DNA from: Candidatus Magasanikiibacteriota bacterium
GTDB taxonomy: Bacteria; Patescibacteriota; Patescibacteriia; Magasanikbacterales; GWA2-37-8
DNA length: 60,248 nt
Direction of reading: 5' to 3'
Assembly (NCBI GenBank): GCA_016189025.1
Contig: JACPGS010000012.1
Location: 1-60,248 of the forward strand
Below are positions 15,364-25,221 of the stretch, piece by piece. Under the pieces are notes generated by a model. That model made no database searches. It was not told the origin of the DNA and was given only the letters and a program-made list of their open reading frames with translations. Within the stretch, counting starts at the first letter, position 1, and every line of letters starts with the position of its first letter. The translations under genes were made by a program, and so were the position numbers.

Positions 15364-17583
15364 ATGGCAGTAAAACAATGGTCCCTGGAATGGGGCGGAC
15401 GGACTCTTACTATTGAAACGGGCAAATTTGCCCTGCAGACTAACGCTTCCTGCACGGTGCGCTACGGCGATACCGTGATTTTGGCTACCGCGGTAATAAG
15501 CAAGCAGACCAGGCCCGGGATAGATTTTTTCCCCCTGATGGTGAATTTTGAAGAAAAACTTTACGCCGCCGGCAAAATCAAAGGCAGTCGGTTTATTAAA
15601 CGCGAAGGCCGGCCGACCGACGACGCCGTTCTCTCGGGGCGTCTGGTAGACCGCGCTATTCGTCCCCTGTTTCCTACCGAACTGCGCAACGACGTACAGG
15701 TGATTCTTACCGCCCTTTCTTATGATACGGAAAACGACCCCCAGGTGCCGGCCTTAATTGCCGCCTCCACTGCCCTGGCGCTCTCCAGCATTCCCTGGGC
15801 CGGCCCCATTGCCGGCGCCCGGGTGGGGCGGGTGGACGGAGCGTGGGTGCTTAACCCCAAAGTGGCGCTGCGCGAGAGCGGCGAGGCCGATATTATCATC
15901 GCCGGCACGCCGGAGCGCATTATTATGGTGGAAGCCGGGTGCAAAGAGATTCCCGACGCGGATGTGCTGGCGGCCCTGCGCTTTGGAGCCGATTCTTTAG
16001 GGCCGATTTTGTCGCTGATTAAACAGATTGCGGCCGAAGCCGGGCAGCCCAAAGTGAATCCAGTGCCGGAGAAACCGGAGCAAGCCGCGCAACTCCCGGC
16101 AGTAGAGCAGGCGGTGCGCGCCCTGATTGCCGGGAAAATTGACGCTTGGATGTTTGACCGCGTTAAGCCAGGCCGCGCCGAGCGGGTAGCAATGGTAGAG
16201 CGGTTTGGCGCCGCGGTGCGCGAATACCTGACCGGGGCAGCGGCAGAGCCGGAGATTGCCGCAGTAATCCTGGGCCGCTTTAAGCATTATCTGGAAGAGC
16301 ATGTGACGGAGCGGATTTTATCGGCCGGCACCCGGCTGGACGGCCGCGCCTTAACTGATATCCGGCCTCTGCAAATTGAAGTGGGGTTATTGCCGCGCAC
16401 CCACGGGTCAGGCTTATTCCAGCGCGGCGACACCCAGGTGCTTTCTACCGTGACGCTCGGCGCCCCGGGCGATGTGCAGACTTTGGACACCATGGAAGAA
16501 GAAGGCACCAAGCGCTACATGCACCATTACTCGGATACGCCGGCGAGCTATGGCGAAACCGGTCCCCTGCGGGGCCCCGGCAACCGCGCTATTGGCCACG
16601 GGGCGCTGGCCGAGCGGGCGCTACAGCCGGTGTTACCCGCCCAGGAGGCTTTTCCCTACGCGATTCGGGTAGTTTCCGAGGTATTGGGCTCCAACGGCTC
16701 CAGTTCCATGGCGTCGGTATGCGGCTCAACGCTTGCTCTGCTCGATGCCGGGGTGCCGGTGCAGAAGCCGGTGGCCGGCATTGCCATGGGGCTTGCGAGC
16801 AACGCCGCCGGGCAGTGGCGGGTGCTCACCGATTTGCAGGACATTGAAGACGGTCCGGGCGGGATGGATTTTAAAATCGCCGGGACGCGCGACGGCATTA
16901 CCGCCATTCAGATGGATACCAAAACCCACGGGTTGACCTGGGAGGTGGTAGAGCAGACTTTTCGCCAGTCGCAGGCGGCGCGGGGGCAGCTGCTGGACGC
17001 TATTGCGCAGGTGATTGCCGCCCCGCGGCCGGAATTATCCCCCTATGCTCCGCGCATTGTTACCATCCACATTAACCCCGATAAAATCCGCGACGTGATC
17101 GGCCCGGGCGGCAAAATGATTAACAAAATTATTGCCGAGACCGGCGTGGACATTGATATTGAAGACGACGGCACGGTATTTGTTACCTCCGACGACGCCG
17201 CCGGTATGGAGAGAGCAGTGAAGTGGATTGAAGAATTAACCCACGAAGTGCAGCCCGGAGAGCAGTATGAAGGCACGGTGGTCCGGCTGGAAGACTTTGG
17301 CGCTTTTGTCCAGGTGCTGCCTGGGCAGGATGGCTTGGTGCATGTATCGGAAATTTCCTGGAGCCATGTGCCGCGCCCGAGCGATGTATTGAAGCTGGGC
17401 GATAAAGTAAAAGTGGTGGTGCGCGAAATTGATAACCTCGGCCGCATCAACCTGTCCATCAAGCAGCTTCTCCCCAAACCCGAAGGCTGGACGCCGCCCC
17501 CGCGCCCGGCCTTTGACCGCGGCAACCGGCCGCCGCACCGCGGCTTCGGCGGCGGCCGGGGCGGGTTCCGCAACGGACGCTAG
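15364..17583 (+). CDS. pnp: Polyribonucleotide nucleotidyltransferase (PNPase)
   Basis: 739 aa with two RNase PH-like halves, KH (IRDVIGPGGKMINKI) and S1 (GTVVRLEDFGAFVQV) domains, and an RGG-rich tail. Confidence 0.95.
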   Translation: MAVKQWSLEWGGRTLTIETGKFALQTNASCTVRYGDTVILATAVISKQTRPGIDFFPLMVNFEEKLYAAGKIKGSRFIKREGRPTDDAVLSGRLVDRAIRPLFPTELRNDVQVILTALSYDTENDPQVPALIAASTALALSSIPWAGPIAGARVGRVDGAWVLNPKVALRESGEADIIIAGTPERIIMVEAGCKEIPDADVLAALRFGADSLGPILSLIKQIAAEAGQPKVNPVPEKPEQAAQLPAVEQAVRALIAGKIDAWMFDRVKPGRAERVAMVERFGAAVREYLTGAAAEPEIAAVILGRFKHYLEEHVTERILSAGTRLDGRALTDIRPLQIEVGLLPRTHGSGLFQRGDTQVLSTVTLGAPGDVQTLDTMEEEGTKRYMHHYSDTPASYGETGPLRGPGNRAIGHGALAERALQPVLPAQEAFPYAIRVVSEVLGSNGSSSMASVCGSTLALLDAGVPVQKPVAGIAMGLASNAAGQWRVLTDLQDIEDGPGGMDFKIAGTRDGITAIQMDTKTHGLTWEVVEQTFRQSQAARGQLLDAIAQVIAAPRPELSPYAPRIVTIHINPDKIRDVIGPGGKMINKIIAETGVDIDIEDDGTVFVTSDDAAGMERAVKWIEELTHEVQPGEQYEGTVVRLEDFGAFVQVLPGQDGLVHVSEISWSHVPRPSDVLKLGDKVKVVVREIDNLGRINLSIKQLLPKPEGWTPPPRPAFDRGNRPPHRGFGGGRGGFRNGR

Positions 17584-17630
17584 CAATTATCTTGATTTTT
17601 TTCTTTTTTTATGATTAAATGTCTGCTAAT

Positions 17631-17717
17631 GCGGGCGTGGCGAAATTGGCAGACGCGACAGGTTTAGGACCTGTTGGGAGAAATCCCATGTGGGTTCAAG
17701 TCCCTCCGCCCGCACCA
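17631..17717 (+). tRNA. tRNA-Leu (anticodon TAG)
   Basis: Acceptor GCGGGCG/CGCCCGC, anticodon stem ACAGG/CCTGT with loop TTTAGGA, long variable arm, T loop TTCAAGT (one U-U mismatch in the T stem). CCA is encoded. Confidence 0.85.
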
Positions 17718-17744
17718 AGTAAATTCGGTCATTTTTTAACTGGT

Positions 17745-18017
17745 ATGCAAACCGCTGATGCCTACACTACCGACGAACTGTATCGCGAGGTTGCCGACCT
17801 CGCCCGCGAGCAAGGAGTGGCCGGCCAGGAGATGTGGAATGAATTGGTAGAGGAGGTGGTGGATGCCCACCTGGACCTGGGCGAACTTACCGATGACGAG
17901 AATCTTGAGAATATCAAAGCCGAACTCGCCGATCGCTGGCACGAGTACGAAGTGAGCGCGGTGGCGGCTGCTCGCGGCGGTACGGCCGAGGAAGACGCGG
18001 GGGAATCAGCGGGATAA
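17745..18017 (+). CDS. Small acidic hypothetical protein
   Basis: Internal ATG of ORF 17619..18017, chosen because the upstream part overlaps the tRNA. MQTADAYTTDELYREVADLAREQG.. has a coding-like composition. No SD is obvious. Confidence 0.4.
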   Translation: MQTADAYTTDELYREVADLAREQGVAGQEMWNELVEEVVDAHLDLGELTDDENLENIKAELADRWHEYEVSAVAAARGGTAEEDAGESAG

Positions 18018-18056
18018 CGGAGCGGGCGGCCTCACAGGTTATCCCCACCCGGGCTC

Positions 18057-18085
18057 TTGACAGATTTTGGGGCCTTTGGTATTAT
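18057..18085 (+). promoter_or_regulatory. Strong sigma70-type promoter candidate (probable rRNA promoter)
   Basis: TTGACA (18057-18062), 17 nt, TATTAT (18080-18085), about 400 nt upstream of the 23S 5' end. Confidence 0.55.
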
Positions 18086-18114
18086 CCTCTCGCCCATCAA
18101 AGATCAATTATGTA

Positions 18115-18142
18115 TGGATTCCCGCTTACGCGGGAATGACAC
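18115..18142. repeat. REP-like palindromic unit in the rRNA leader
   Basis: tggattcccgcttacgcgggaatgacac. Confidence 0.7.
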
Positions 18143-19730
18143 AATTGTAGCCACGTCCCGCGGGACCTCTGGAAGTTAAAGCAGATAATAATTTGCCCTA
18201 TGTCTTCCAGCGGTTTACTCTTTTTCCCCGGCGGGTGATGGTTTTTTTATCAAGAGCGGCCGCCTGGGGAGCGGTCTTTTTTGTTTCTGAGTGTAAATTG
18301 TGAGCGGAGCGAAGAGTACGAAAGGGATTCTTCGCTGCGCTCAGAATGACAGTGACGATTGCGCCGGAAGGCACTTTGACAATTCAAAAGTAAAGGGTAG
18401 AAACCAAGCCCGGCATTGCTGCGACTAACCGTCGGAGCGGTACCGGGTAAAACCAGAAAGCACTTTTGAGTGTTTTCGTGGTGTGCAATTTCATATTAAG
18501 AGCATACGGTGGATGCCTTGACACCAAAAGACGATGAAGGACGTTGCAGGGTGCGATAAGCCTCGGGGAGCTCCCAAGCAAGCAGTGATCCGGGGATGTC
18601 CGAATGGGGAAACCCATCTGGAACCTTTACGGTTCCGGGTACGGTACAGTGAATCCATAGCTGTGCCGAGAAGACCTGGCGAAGTGAAACATCTCAGTAG
18701 CCAGAGGAAAATAAATCGCAGAGATTCCCTTAGTAGTGGCGAGCGAAACGGGAACAGCCTAAACCTTATCCGTGTGTCTGGAGTATCTGGTTGATCTCAC
18801 GATTAACTTTGGTCTCCAGGTGAAAGCCGCAGGGCGTTGCGGGTAAGGGGTAGTAAGACGTTTACGCTGACTTCCTGCGAAGTCGGGTGATTTAAGTTCT
18901 TTCCTAGCAGAAGGCTCTGGAACGAGCCGCCCAAGCGGGTAACAGCCCCGTACGCGAAAGGAGTGCAAAAATCATAGTAGATGTTCTTGAGTACGGCGGG
19001 ACTCGTGAAATCCCGTCTGAATCCGGGCCGACTATGGTCTAAGGCTAAATACTTTTGGTGATCGATAGTGGACAAGTACCACGAGGGAACGGTGAAAAGC
19101 AGCCCGGTGAGGGCGATGAAATAGTATCTGAAACCGTGTGCTTACCAGGAGCAGGAGACTTGGTCGTCAGAACTCTGGCCGCCGATAGCGGCCAGAGTTC
19201 TGACGACCGGTTAACTGTGTTCCTATTGAAGAATGAGCCTGCGAGTATGTGTGCGCTGCCAGCTTAAGGGCCTATGGCCCGGAGGCGCAGGGAAACCAAG
19301 TCTTAACGGGCGTCTGCCCAGCATCTTTTTGGTGCTGGGTTAAGTAGCGCATATATAACCCGAAACCGGGTGAGCTATCCAGGGCCAGGATGAACCCCTG
19401 CGAAAGCAGGGGGGAGGTCCGCACTCACGCGCCGTGCAACACGCGGAGATGAGCCGTGGATAGGAGAGAAATTCTAATCGAACTCGGTGATAGCTGGTTC
19501 TCCTCGAAATAGTTTTGGGACTAGCCTCGGGAATTTCTGCCGGCGGTAGAGCACTGGATGAGACTCGGGTCCTTCGGGATACCAGTTTCAATCAAACTCC
19601 GAATGCCGAACAGTTAACATCCCGGGAGTCAGAGTGTGGGGGCTAAGCTCCATGCTCAAAAGGGGAACAGCCCAGATCGCCAGCTAAGGTCCCTAAGTCC
19701 AGGTTAAGTGTAAAAGGTGGTGTTAGTTCT

Positions 19731-19768
<38 letters not shown>

Positions 19769-20609
19769 TAAAGAAAGCGTAACAGCTCACTGGTCAAGAG
19801 CTTTCGCGCCGAAAATGTACCGGGGCTCAAACCTGGCACCGAAGCTGCGAATGTCAGTGCTTCGCACCGAAAATTCAAAGGCAGGTTGCTGGTTGAATTT
19901 TTAGCGCGGAGCGCTGGCGTGGTAGAGGAGCGTTCGCTGCGCGGCGAAGCCCTAGGCGTAAGCCGGGGTGGAGCGCAGCGAAGTGAGAATGCAGGCATAA
20001 GTAACACAAAGGACGGTGAGAATCCGTCCCGCCGCAAGCCTAAGGTTTCCTGGGCAACGAGACTCGACCCAGGGTTAGTCGGTCCTAAGGCGAGGCCATT
20101 ATGGCGTAGCCGATGGAAGAGCCGGTTAATATTCCGGCACTGCCGACGGTTTGTTCAAGCGTGCGCATTAGCAAGCTCGGAGCGTGTTTTGAATACGCAT
20201 GTTCCGCAAGGAAAAGAGGAAGCCTTCGGGTGGAATCAATTCCGGGGGAGCTAGTGCCGAGAAAAGCGTTTGGGCGTTAAGCCGTCGGTAACCGTACCGC
20301 AAACCGACACCGGTAGGCGAGGCGAGTAGCCTCAGGCGTACGAGAGAACCCTCGTTTAGGAACTCGGCAATACAACGGCCGTAACTTCGGGATAAGGCCT
20401 GCCCCGACTTAGTCGGGGCTACAACAAAAGACGCACTGCGACTGTTTACCAAAAACACAGCTCCCTGCAAAAGCGCAAGCTGACGTATAGGGAGTGATGC
20501 CTGGCCAGTGTCAGAACGTTAAGGTGAGACGTCAATCCGTCGCAAGATGGAGGCAGCGTTGAGCTGAAGCGCTGATGAACGCCGGCGGTAACTATAACCG
20601 TCCTAAGGT

Positions 20610-20869
20610 CATCGGTTTCATATATTGGAGCCGATGAGGACTGGGACGATTGTAGAAGGTAAATTAAGTTATGCCAACAAAGACTGCCTTACTCTACAGC
20701 AATGTAGAGAGTGTCCAATCATAGCTATATGCTGGGAAGTTCTCTTGCCGAGGGAGCGATCAGCAGGGAACCCTGTACCGCGTTGGATGCAGGGGCGCCT
20801 CAGAGACTAAACGCTATGCTCCCGCCTAAGGCGGGATGAAGATATAGTCCAGACTAAAAGGAAGGTCTC
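20610..20869 (+). mobile_element. Group I intron 1 (ORF-less, about 260 nt), inserted after the E. coli U1931 equivalent
   Basis: Exon cctaaggt | intron | agcgaaattcc. The intron contains the R-like tcagagactaaacg and S-like gaagatatagtcc core elements. Junctions are good to a few nt and the 3' end does not show a terminal G. Confidence 0.7.
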
Positions 20870-20891
20870 AGCGAAATTCCTTGTCGGGTAA

Positions 20892-21602
20892 ACAAATCCT
20901 CAGGTCGGGGAAAATACTTGCCCGAGTATGGTGGCAACACGATACAAGCAAACTGACTCATAACGGTGGAGTCCTTAGTGGATAATACCGTGGGAAGTCC
21001 CGACTAAGTCGGGACCCCGTAACGACTGAGCCGAAAGGCGAGGTTAGACCATAGCAATATGGCTTACAATACGTCAGCTCTTGTCTTAAATGATGTATCC
21101 ATGAAGGAAGCGTCGTACGTAACTGGGCTGGTGGATGGAGAAGGGAGTTTTCTTATCTCTTTCCAGCAGCGAACCAAAATGAAAACTGGGATCGAAGTTA
21201 GGCCCAGTTTTACCCTCAGCCAGCACCAAAGAAATCTCGAGCTGCTCCAGTGGCTGCAAGCGTTCTTTGGTTGTGGTAGTCTCCGCTACAATCGCAGCGA
21301 TGAGACGTATAAGTATGAGGTTCGCAGTATTGATGATCTAACACGAGTGGTTATTCCTCACTTTGAGGCGTATCCACTGAAGTCATCAAAGCATAAAGAT
21401 TTTTTTGTTTTCAAGAAGGTCTGCGAAGCCATACAGCGGAGGGCACATTTAACTCGAGACGGCTTGGAACGTATTATCACTCAAGCGTACGGGATGAATA
21501 ATTTTGGTGCCAGACGATACGATAAGCAATCACTTCTACAGATACTGACAAGATGAAGGTATAGTCTGACCATCATGGTAACATGATGTTAACACAATTG
21601 GA
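20892..21602 (+). mobile_element. Group I intron 2 (about 711 nt) with LAGLIDADG ORF, near the E. coli 1951-1953 equivalent
   Basis: Exon ttgtcgggtaa | intron | gttccgacctgcacgaatgg. The S-like element is gatgaaggtatagtc. The junction is ambiguous by 1-2 nt. Confidence 0.75.
21059..21556 (+). CDS. LAGLIDADG homing endonuclease (single-motif, I-CreI-size)
   Basis: YVTGLVDGEGSFLISF motif, 165 aa. The C-terminus (..SLLQILTR*) runs into the intron core. Confidence 0.85.
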   Translation: MAYNTSALVLNDVSMKEASYVTGLVDGEGSFLISFQQRTKMKTGIEVRPSFTLSQHQRNLELLQWLQAFFGCGSLRYNRSDETYKYEVRSIDDLTRVVIPHFEAYPLKSSKHKDFFVFKKVCEAIQRRAHLTRDGLERIITQAYGMNNFGARRYDKQSLLQILTR

Positions 21603-22087
21603 GTTCCGACCTGCACGAATGGCATAACGATAGTGCGACTGTCTCAACGAGGGACTCGGTGAAATTGCAAGGGAGGTGAAGATGCCTCCTTCCCGCAACT
21701 AGACGAAAAGACCCCGTGAAGCTTTACTACAACTTGCTATTGGTATACGCGTTGGTATGTTGAGCGTAGGTGGGAGCCCGGCCGCAAGGCCGGGCGCCAA
21801 TGAGACACCACCCTTACCGGCGTGTATGCCTAATTTGGGCCCGTGAATCCGGGTTCGGAGACAGTGGCTGGTGGGTAGTTTATCTGGGGCGGATGCCTCC
21901 TAAATTGTAACGGAGGCGTTTACAAAGGTCGGCTTAGCGCGGATGGAAATCGCGCTGGACGGACAAACCCACAAGCCGGCTTTACTGCAAGGGCAGCAAC
22001 CCGCGCAGTCGCGAAAGCGGAAGTTAGTGAACCGACCATCCTATATAGGAAGGTGGAAGATCAACGGATAAAAGCTACTCCGGGGAT

Positions 22088-22952
22088 AGGCCCTAGATTA
22101 GGGCTGTTGTCCCGTCCCGGTAGTAATATCGGGACATGTAAACGGCTAATAACGGTGAAGCCCTCACCCTAACTAAAGCGTTAGGGCGGGTAATACCGTG
22201 GGAAGTTCTTCACTGCGTTCAGTTTACAAATTTATGACGGAACGCGAACAAAATATTGTCGTTGGTTGTATATTAGGTGATGGTTTTATCCAGGCAACCG
22301 GCAAACGCAATGCGCGTTTGCGGCTGGAGCACTCCCAGCGCCAGAAAGATTATCTTTACTGGAAGTGGGCGGAGCTAAAGCACTTAATGCAAGATCGTCC
22401 CAAACTGCTGCAGCGATTTAACCCGGTTTGGAAAAAGACCTACACCTATTGCCGCTGCCAATCTCATAGTTCCCCTCAATTCGGGAAACTGCGCGCCTTG
22501 TTTTATCACGAACAGCGCAAGCGCATCCCCGAGGGAATTAGCAAATGGCTGGCCAAGCCACTGACACTGGCAGTATGGTTTATGGATGATGGATACTATT
22601 TCGCCCGCGATAAAACGGCGTATCTGTATCTGTCGCCTTTGGCCACTCCGGACATCAAACGACTAGAGCAAACGCTCCATCAGGCGTATGGTTTAACACC
22701 GAAACTGGAGCGTAAAAAAACCGGCGCCCTGAACTTTAAGTTCTCGGCCGCCGCCACTAAGCGGCTAATTGCCATTATCGCTCCGCACGTTATCACTAGC
22801 ATGCGGTATAAAATAGGTGAAGAACCCCGTATCGACTGAGTCCATTGGACAAGGTGGCACGCCGGTAGGCGCGCCACAATACGCCGTACTCCTGGCTAGC
22901 GAGCCAGGATGAAGATATAGTCAGTACTCTTAGTAATAAGAGAGAAAATATG
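22088..22952 (+). mobile_element. Group I intron 3 (865 nt) with LAGLIDADG ORF, after the E. coli U2449 equivalent
   Basis: Exon ctccggggat | intron ends ..aaatatg | aacaggctgat. The 5' exon ends in U and the intron ends in G. The S element is gatgaagatatagtc. Confidence 0.8.
22198..22839 (+). CDS. LAGLIDADG homing endonuclease (double-motif type)
   Basis: Two motifs, [11 protein letters not shown] and [12 protein letters not shown]. 213 aa from the GTG start, and the start may instead be the ATG at 22234. Confidence 0.8.
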   Translation: MGSSSLRSVYKFMTEREQNIVVGCILGDGFIQATGKRNARLRLEHSQRQKDYLYWKWAELKHLMQDRPKLLQRFNPVWKKTYTYCRCQSHSSPQFGKLRALFYHEQRKRIPEGISKWLAKPLTLAVWFMDDGYYFARDKTAYLYLSPLATPDIKRLEQTLHQAYGLTPKLERKKTGALNFKFSAAATKRLIAIIAPHVITSMRYKIGEEPRID

Positions 22953-22991
22953 AACAGGCTGATCGGGCCCGATAGTCCACATAGACGGCCC

Positions 22992-23032
<41 letters not shown>

Positions 23033-23063
23033 AAGAAGCTCCCAAGGGTTTGGCTGTTCGCCA

Positions 23064-23107
<44 letters not shown>

Positions 23108-23872
23108 AGATACGTGCTGTCTTTAAATCTAGCTATATGCTGGAAATTCTGGTAAAGTCTCAAAGGAGTGAGACTTGAGTATCTCACACTACTCGTGGTA
23201 TAGTAATTGTACTATGAGTAAAAATGTCGTGAGTGCAGACCACCAGCAGGAAAGAGTAAGAGCAAAACTCAATCCCTGGTACATAGTAGGTTTTGTAGAA
23301 GGCGAGGGAACATTTCACATAGCTTTCTACAAAGATATTCGCATGAAGCAGATAATCAAAGTAATACCGGAATTTCATGTGAACCAAAGTTATTTGAGGA
23401 AAAATACTCTCGAATTGATACAAGAGTATTTTGGCTGCGGTTACCTTAAAGCCAACCATGCCGCTAACCCCAAAGATACTACATATGTGCTCGTGGTGCG
23501 AGATCGCGAGGAATTACTCACGAAAATAATTCCTTTCTTTCGAACTTATCGCCTTCAATCGGTAAAACGCGATAGCTTTATCATCTTTGCTGAGATAGTA
23601 GAGATGATGGCTAAGGGTTTACACCGAACTCAAGAAGGTATTCGTAAAATTATTCAGCTGGCTTACCAGATGAATGTTGGCGGTAAATATAGGCAGCGGA
23701 AAAAAGAGGTTTTATTAAAGCTCTTGCAATCCTCAGAGACTATACGCTAGACCCATGAACCACGTAGGGTTTAGGGAAGATATAGTCCGAACTGCATGGC
23801 GACATGCAGAGCGTATTAGAAATAATACGCCGCCTCGTCCGTCATTTGGCGGATGAGGGGGTAACATATTTG
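23108..23872 (+). mobile_element. Group I intron 4 (765 nt) with LAGLIDADG ORF, after the E. coli U2604 equivalent
   Basis: Exon cgtgagacagt | intron ends ..catatttg | tcggtctcctatctg. The U...G rule is obeyed. R is tcagagactatacg and S is ggaagatatagtcc. Confidence 0.8.
23175..23750 (+). CDS. LAGLIDADG homing endonuclease (single-motif)
   Basis: YIVGFVEGEGTFHIAF motif. The C-terminus ..LLQSSETIR* overlaps the intron R element. The start may be the ATG at 23214. Confidence 0.85.
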   Translation: MSISHYSWYSNCTMSKNVVSADHQQERVRAKLNPWYIVGFVEGEGTFHIAFYKDIRMKQIIKVIPEFHVNQSYLRKNTLELIQEYFGCGYLKANHAANPKDTTYVLVVRDREELLTKIIPFFRTYRLQSVKRDSFIIFAEIVEMMAKGLHRTQEGIRKIIQLAYQMNVGGKYRQRKKEVLLKLLQSSETIR

Positions 23873-24203
23873 TCGGTCTCCTATCTGTTGCGGGCGCGGA
23901 ACATTGCGCAGACTCTTCCCTAGTACGAGAGGACCGGGAAGGATAAACCTCTGGTGTGCCAGTTGTCCCATCCGGGGCATTGCTGGGTAGCTACGTTTAG
24001 CGCGGATAAACGCTGAAAGCATCTAAGCGTGAAGCCGTCTGCCAGATTAATGTTCGTTACAGACCCCTTAAAGACTATAAGGTTGATAGGCGCTAGGTGT
24101 AAGCTCCGTAAGGAGCTGAGCCAAGGCGTACTAATCGGTCAAGCACACCACGGAGACACTTAACAGTGCTTTGGTTGGTCCTACCCTTTATTTGAGTACA
24201 GCC

Positions 24204-24319
24204 TTCTCGGTGTCCGGAGCGGCAGGGTTACACCCGTTCCCATCCCGAACACGGCAGTTAAGCCTGCCAGCGCTGATGATACCCCGTTTATTCGGGGGAA
24301 AGTAGGCCGATGCCGAGAA
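24204..24319 (+). rRNA. rrf: 5S rRNA
   Basis: ..ggttacacccgttcccatcccgaacacggcagttaagcc..gaaagtaggc.. matches the conserved 5S loop C/helix III and loop E regions. The terminal helix is tctcggtg/tgccgaga. Confidence 0.85.
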
Positions 24320-24366
24320 TGGTGTACTTAAAACTTTAGCTTTTAGCAGAGCAGATTTTTGGGGCT

Positions 24367-25047
24367 ATGATCACCCCCGAGCTTATTGCCAAGTGCGCGC
24401 GCTACGTACAGCTTAAACTTGCCCACGAACCAGCCGGCCACGATTGGTTCCATGTGGAGCGTGTCTGGAAAATGGGCAAACGCCTGCAGGCCACCGAGGG
24501 CGGCGATCTTTTTCTGGTAGAGCTGGCGGCGCTACTGCACAATTTAGGCGACCACAACTTTGGGGAATTCAACGAGGAGAAAGGCATGCTAGCGCTGTTT
24601 GGCATGATGGATATTCTAGAGATTGAAGAGGCAGACAAGGAGCAGCTGCTTAACATTGTTACCGACAGCAAATACAAAGGAGACGAAACCACCCGGCCCC
24701 GCACCCTGGAAGGCAAGATTGTGCAGGACGCCAACTGGCTGGATGTGCTGGGGGCAATCGGCATCGCCCGGACTTTTGCCGCCGGGGGGTTTGTCGGCCG
24801 CCCGATTTTTGACCCCGACGTGCCGGTGCGCCCCAGTTTAAGCAAGCAGGTATACCAGCGGAAAAAACGGGAAGGCACCAGCATCAATTCTTTTTACGAA
24901 AAAGCTTTCCGCCTGCCGGAGCGGCTGAATACGGAAACCGCCAAACGCATTGCCGAGGCCCGGCTGGATTACATCAACAGTTTTCTGGCCCAGTTTATGA
25001 AAGAATGGGAAGGGGCTGACTGGGAAGAAATTTTGCGGGTGGCGTAA
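24367..25047 (+). CDS. HD-domain phosphohydrolase
   Basis: HDWFHVERVWKMGKRL..AALLHNLGDH..IVQDANWLDVLGAIGIARTF matches the HD superfamily metal-binding pattern. Confidence 0.8.
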   Translation: MITPELIAKCARYVQLKLAHEPAGHDWFHVERVWKMGKRLQATEGGDLFLVELAALLHNLGDHNFGEFNEEKGMLALFGMMDILEIEEADKEQLLNIVTDSKYKGDETTRPRTLEGKIVQDANWLDVLGAIGIARTFAAGGFVGRPIFDPDVPVRPSLSKQVYQRKKREGTSINSFYEKAFRLPERLNTETAKRIAEARLDYINSFLAQFMKEWEGADWEEILRVA

Positions 25048-25072
25048 GCGGCGGATTAAGAAGATAGTAGCA

Positions 25073-25095
25073 CCGCCCGGATCGGGCGGTTTTTG
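25073..25095 (+). terminator. Rho-independent terminator
   Basis: ccgcccg-gat-cgggcgg followed by tttttg. Confidence 0.65.
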
Positions 25096-25221
25096 TTAAT
25101 TGACAAATCACGGTAGTCATGTTTTGATACTAGTATCCAGCATCAGTTCTTTACCAGCGAGCAGACGCGCTAGTGCGTTTTGCTCACTACCAACCACCAT
25201 ACCCGAGGAAAGGGGGGAGCC

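Noticed and set aside
20625-20810. 61-aa ORF inside intron 1
   Set aside because: It has no LAGLIDADG, GIY-YIG or HNH motif and it ends in the intron R element. It is probably non-coding intron core.
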